Position numbers and translations under genes: made by a program. 64,000 bases of DNA from Escherichia coli (GTDB taxonomy: Bacteria > Pseudomonadota > Gammaproteobacteria > Enterobacterales > Enterobacteriaceae), in NCBI RefSeq assembly GCF_046105845.1, contig NZ_CP151004.1; one strand, written 5' to 3'. Shown in pieces: positions 60,729 through 64,000 of this stretch; the first letter of the stretch is position 1; the number at the start of each line of letters is the position of its first letter. Under the pieces are notes generated by a model. It saw only the letters and a list, made by a program, of their open reading frames with translations, did no database searches and was not told where the DNA came from.

Positions 60729-62732
60729 TCAGGCACCTTTCACTCCCAGCACCTTATGCGCTTTTGCCACAATATTCTCGGCGGTTAAGCCAAAGAACGG
60801 GAACAGCTTATCCGCCGGAGCAGATTCCCCATAACCTGTCATCCCGACAATTGCCCCTTTCAGGCCAACATATTTGTACCAGTAATCGGCAATACCCGCT
60901 TCCACCGCCACGCGAGCCGCAACGTTAGAAGGCAACACCGACTCGCGATATTCCTCATCCTGGGCGTCGAAAATATCGGTCGAGGGCAGGGAAACTACGC
61001 GTACATTGCGACCTTCTCCCGCTAATTTCTCTGCCGCTTGCAGGGTGATTTCCATCTCTGAACCGGTGGCAATCAAAATAATATCTGGCTTACCGCCGCT
61101 GTCTTTCAGTACATAACCGCCACGAGCAATCTCTTTAACCTGATCCGGCGTACGTTCCACCTGGGCCAGATTCTGCCTGGAGAGGATCAGTGCCGTCGGT
61201 CCGTTGTGGCGCTCAACCGCCAGCTTCCAGCCCACCGCAGCTTCCACCTGATCGCACGGTCGCCAGGTGCTGAAATTTGGCGTTAAGCGCAGACTGGCCA
61301 GTTGCTCAACAGCCTGGTGCGTAGGACCATCTTCGCCCAGACCAATTGAGTCGTGGGTATAAACCATAATCTGCCGCGCTTTCATCAGTGCCGCCATCCG
61401 CGCGGCGTTACGGGCGTATTCAACAAACATCAGGAACGTCGCGGTATACGGCACAAAGCCGCCGTGGTGCGCAATGCCGTTGGCGATAGCGGTCATGCCA
61501 AATTCACGCACCCCGTAGTGAATGTAGTTGCCCGCCGGATCTTCCTTCAGCGAAACAGAACCTTTCCAGATGGTCAGGTTGCTGGGAGCCAGATCCGCCG
61601 AACCGCCGAGCAGCTCCGGTAGCATCGGCCCGTAAGCGTTAAGCGTATTTTGCGAAGCCTTACGGGTAGCGATTTTCGCCGGATTTGCCTGTAACTCATT
61701 GATATATTTCTGAGTCGTTTTCTCCCAGTCCTTCGGTAAACCACCGCTCATCCGACGGGTAAACTCTTCTGCCAGTTGCGGATGAGCCTTTTTATAGGCG
61801 GCAAACTTCTCATTCCAGCTCTGCTGCGCTTTTTCGCCTTTTTCGCGGGCATCCCAGGCGTGATAAATCTCTTTAGGGATTTCAAATGGCGGATGGTGCC
61901 AGCCCAGTTTTTGCCGTGCCAGCGCCACTTCTTCTTCCCCCAGCGGTGCGCCGTGCGCCTCTTCCTTACCTGCTTTATTCGGCGAACCAAAGCCAATTAC
62001 CGTACGGCAGATAATCAGCGACGGCTTATCTTTCACGCTTTGCGCTTCAAGGATCGCTTCCTTCACCGCCTGCGGATCGTGACCGTCGATCTCGTGGATC
62101 ACATGCCAGTGATAGGCTTCAAAACGTTTTGCCGTATCGTCGGTAAACCAGCCTTCGGTTTCACCGTCGATGGAAATACCGTTGTGATCGTAAAAACCAA
62201 TCAGTTTGCCCAGTCCCAGCGTGCCCGCCAGCGAACAGACTTCGTGGGAAATACCTTCCATCAGGCAACCGTCGCCCATAAACACATAGGTGAAGTGATC
62301 GACAATTTCATGATCCGGCTGGTTAAACTGCGCCGCCAGTGTACGCTCTGCTATCGCCAGCCCGACGGCGTTCGCCAAACCTTGTCCAAGTGGACCGGTG
62401 GTGGTTTCAACACCTGGCGTATAACCAATCTCCGGGTGACCTGGGGTTTTTGAATGCAACTGACGGAAGTTCTTCAGCTCTTCCAGCGGCAGGTCGTAAC
62501 CGGTCAGATGCAGCAAACTGTAGAGCAGCATCGACGCGTGGCCGTTGGAAAGAATAAAGCGGTCGCGATCATACCAGGTTGGGTCGGTAGGATTATGTTT
62601 AAGAAAATCGTTCCACAGCACTTCGGCAATATCAGCCATGCCCATCGGCGCGCCGGGATGACCAGAATTGGCTTTTTGTACCGCATCCATACTGAGTGCG
62701 CGAATCGCATTGGCAAGGTCTTTTCGGGACAT
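60729..62732 (-). CDS. tktB: Transketolase 2 TktB
   Basis: 667 aa from [27 protein letters not shown]; ORF track extends 21 codons upstream. Confidence 0.95.
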   Translation of the reverse strand: MSRKDLANAIRALSMDAVQKANSGHPGAPMGMADIAEVLWNDFLKHNPTDPTWYDRDRFILSNGHASMLLYSLLHLTGYDLPLEELKNFRQLHSKTPGHPEIGYTPGVETTTGPLGQGLANAVGLAIAERTLAAQFNQPDHEIVDHFTYVFMGDGCLMEGISHEVCSLAGTLGLGKLIGFYDHNGISIDGETEGWFTDDTAKRFEAYHWHVIHEIDGHDPQAVKEAILEAQSVKDKPSLIICRTVIGFGSPNKAGKEEAHGAPLGEEEVALARQKLGWHHPPFEIPKEIYHAWDAREKGEKAQQSWNEKFAAYKKAHPQLAEEFTRRMSGGLPKDWEKTTQKYINELQANPAKIATRKASQNTLNAYGPMLPELLGGSADLAPSNLTIWKGSVSLKEDPAGNYIHYGVREFGMTAIANGIAHHGGFVPYTATFLMFVEYARNAARMAALMKARQIMVYTHDSIGLGEDGPTHQAVEQLASLRLTPNFSTWRPCDQVEAAVGWKLAVERHNGPTALILSRQNLAQVERTPDQVKEIARGGYVLKDSGGKPDIILIATGSEMEITLQAAEKLAGEGRNVRVVSLPSTDIFDAQDEEYRESVLPSNVAARVAVEAGIADYWYKYVGLKGAIVGMTGYGESAPADKLFPFFGLTAENIVAKAHKVLGVKGA

Positions 62733-62751
62733 ATAACACTCCGTGGCTGGT

Positions 62752-63702
62752 TTATAGTTTGGCGGCAAGAAGATCTTCCAGTTTGCGTTGATCAACGGCG
62801 AACAGACGAATGCCTTCAGACAGTTTTTCTACCGCCATCGCATCCTGATTGTGCTCCCAACGGAACTCCGCTTCGCTCATGGGAGCTGGGCGTGGGAACG
62901 TCTGAGAAGGTGGGATTAATTTACGTACCACTGGCGAAACTTTTTCCTGCAGCTCCTTCAGCAAATTCGGTGCGATAGTCAGTCGATCGCAGCCGGTTAA
63001 GGCGAGGATTTGTTCGGTGCGACGGAAGCTCGCGCCCATCACAATGGTTTCATAGTGGTGTTGCTTATAGTAGTCGTAGATATTGCGCACCGATTTAACG
63101 CCCGGATCTTCTTCCACCACATACGGGTCCATCGGCTTGCGTGCCTGATACCAGTCATAAATACGCCCGACAAACGGCGAAATCAGAAATACGCCTGCTT
63201 CTGCACAGGCCCGCGCCTGTGCAAAAGAAAACAGCAGCGTCAGGTTGCAGTTAATACCTTCTTTTTCCAGCTCTTCTGCCGCGCGAATTCCTTCCCAGGT
63301 TGAAGCCAGCTTGATCAGAATGCGTGATTTCTCAACGCCTTGTTGCTGATACAAGTCCACCAGATGGCGCGCCTTCTCAATGCTCTTTTCTTTATCAAAA
63401 GAGAGGCGTGCATCAACTTCTGTTGACACGCGACCGGGTACGATTTTGAGAATTTCAGCACCGAAATTGACCGCCAGTTTGTCACATGCTGCGACCACCT
63501 GTTGTTCCTGGGTTTTGCCATTTTTTCTACCCCAGGCGATAGCATCGTCTATTAAATGCTCATATTGTGATAATCCGGCAGCCTTGAGTAACAGCGAAGG
63601 ATTGGTGGTGGCATCCTGGGGATGATAATGGCGAATGGACTCAATATCGCCGCTGTCTGCCACGACAGTGGTGAACTGTTTGATGCCGTCTAACTCGTTC
63701 AT
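62752..63702 (-). CDS. talA: Transaldolase A TalA
   Basis: 316 aa; [21 protein letters not shown]. Confidence 0.95.
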   Translation of the reverse strand: MNELDGIKQFTTVVADSGDIESIRHYHPQDATTNPSLLLKAAGLSQYEHLIDDAIAWGRKNGKTQEQQVVAACDKLAVNFGAEILKIVPGRVSTEVDARLSFDKEKSIEKARHLVDLYQQQGVEKSRILIKLASTWEGIRAAEELEKEGINCNLTLLFSFAQARACAEAGVFLISPFVGRIYDWYQARKPMDPYVVEEDPGVKSVRNIYDYYKQHHYETIVMGASFRRTEQILALTGCDRLTIAPNLLKELQEKVSPVVRKLIPPSQTFPRPAPMSEAEFRWEHNQDAMAVEKLSEGIRLFAVDQRKLEDLLAAKL

Positions 63703-63990
63703 AGGAAATACTCCTTGAAAAGTAAAGTGTTAGATGAGTGCGTTAATTCACACTTCTGAGAAATTTCGCTAAACGCATCAAAAAAGCATAGCAGACAGGC
63801 ATGGTATTGCTGGATTAAGCAGGTAACATCAGTGTTATAGGATTATTACCAAAACATTATATTAATGGTGAGAGTTTGGACTTGCTCAAAGTCTGTAGAC
63901 TCCGGCAAGGTAATAATGTGCGCCACGTTGTGGGCAGGGGCTGTTGCCCACACACTTTATTTGTGAACGTTACGTGAAAGGAACAACCAA

Positions 63991-64000
63991 ATGGATGACC
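63991..64000 (+). CDS. maeB: Start of NADP-malic enzyme MaeB (only first 3 codons in window)
   Basis: ATG GAT GAC (MDD...) with RBS gaaagga upstream; K-12 synteny after talA; too short to verify. Confidence 0.4.

Overview
This window reads as an Escherichia coli chromosomal segment syntenic with the K-12 bamB-der-yfgJ-xseA-guaBA ... hyf operon ... acrD-narQ-aegA-nudK-ypfG-tktB-talA-maeB region, in inverted orientation relative to K-12 numbering. About 60 kb is conserved core (purine and pyrimidine biosynthesis, polyphosphate metabolism, the 11-gene hydrogenase-4 hyf operon with hyfR and focB, dapA/dapE, efflux pump acrD, nitrate sensor narQ, transketolase/transaldolase), and all genes appear intact. 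The exception is a roughly 3.8 kb accessory insertion (about 7676-11443) between the guaA terminator and the yfgI terminator. It carries two translationally coupled genes with N-terminal DUF262 (ParB/Srx-like) motifs; the second also has a C-terminal DUF1524 His-Me-finger nuclease motif, i.e. a GmrSD-like architecture. I interpret this as a candidate modification-dependent (type IV-like) restriction or antiphage module, with a DUF262-only paralogue as an unusual partner. No integrase, transposase, tRNA, rRNA or CRISPR array was seen. All identifications rest on reading ORF translations and motifs by eye and on recall of E. coli proteins; no database search or computation was run.
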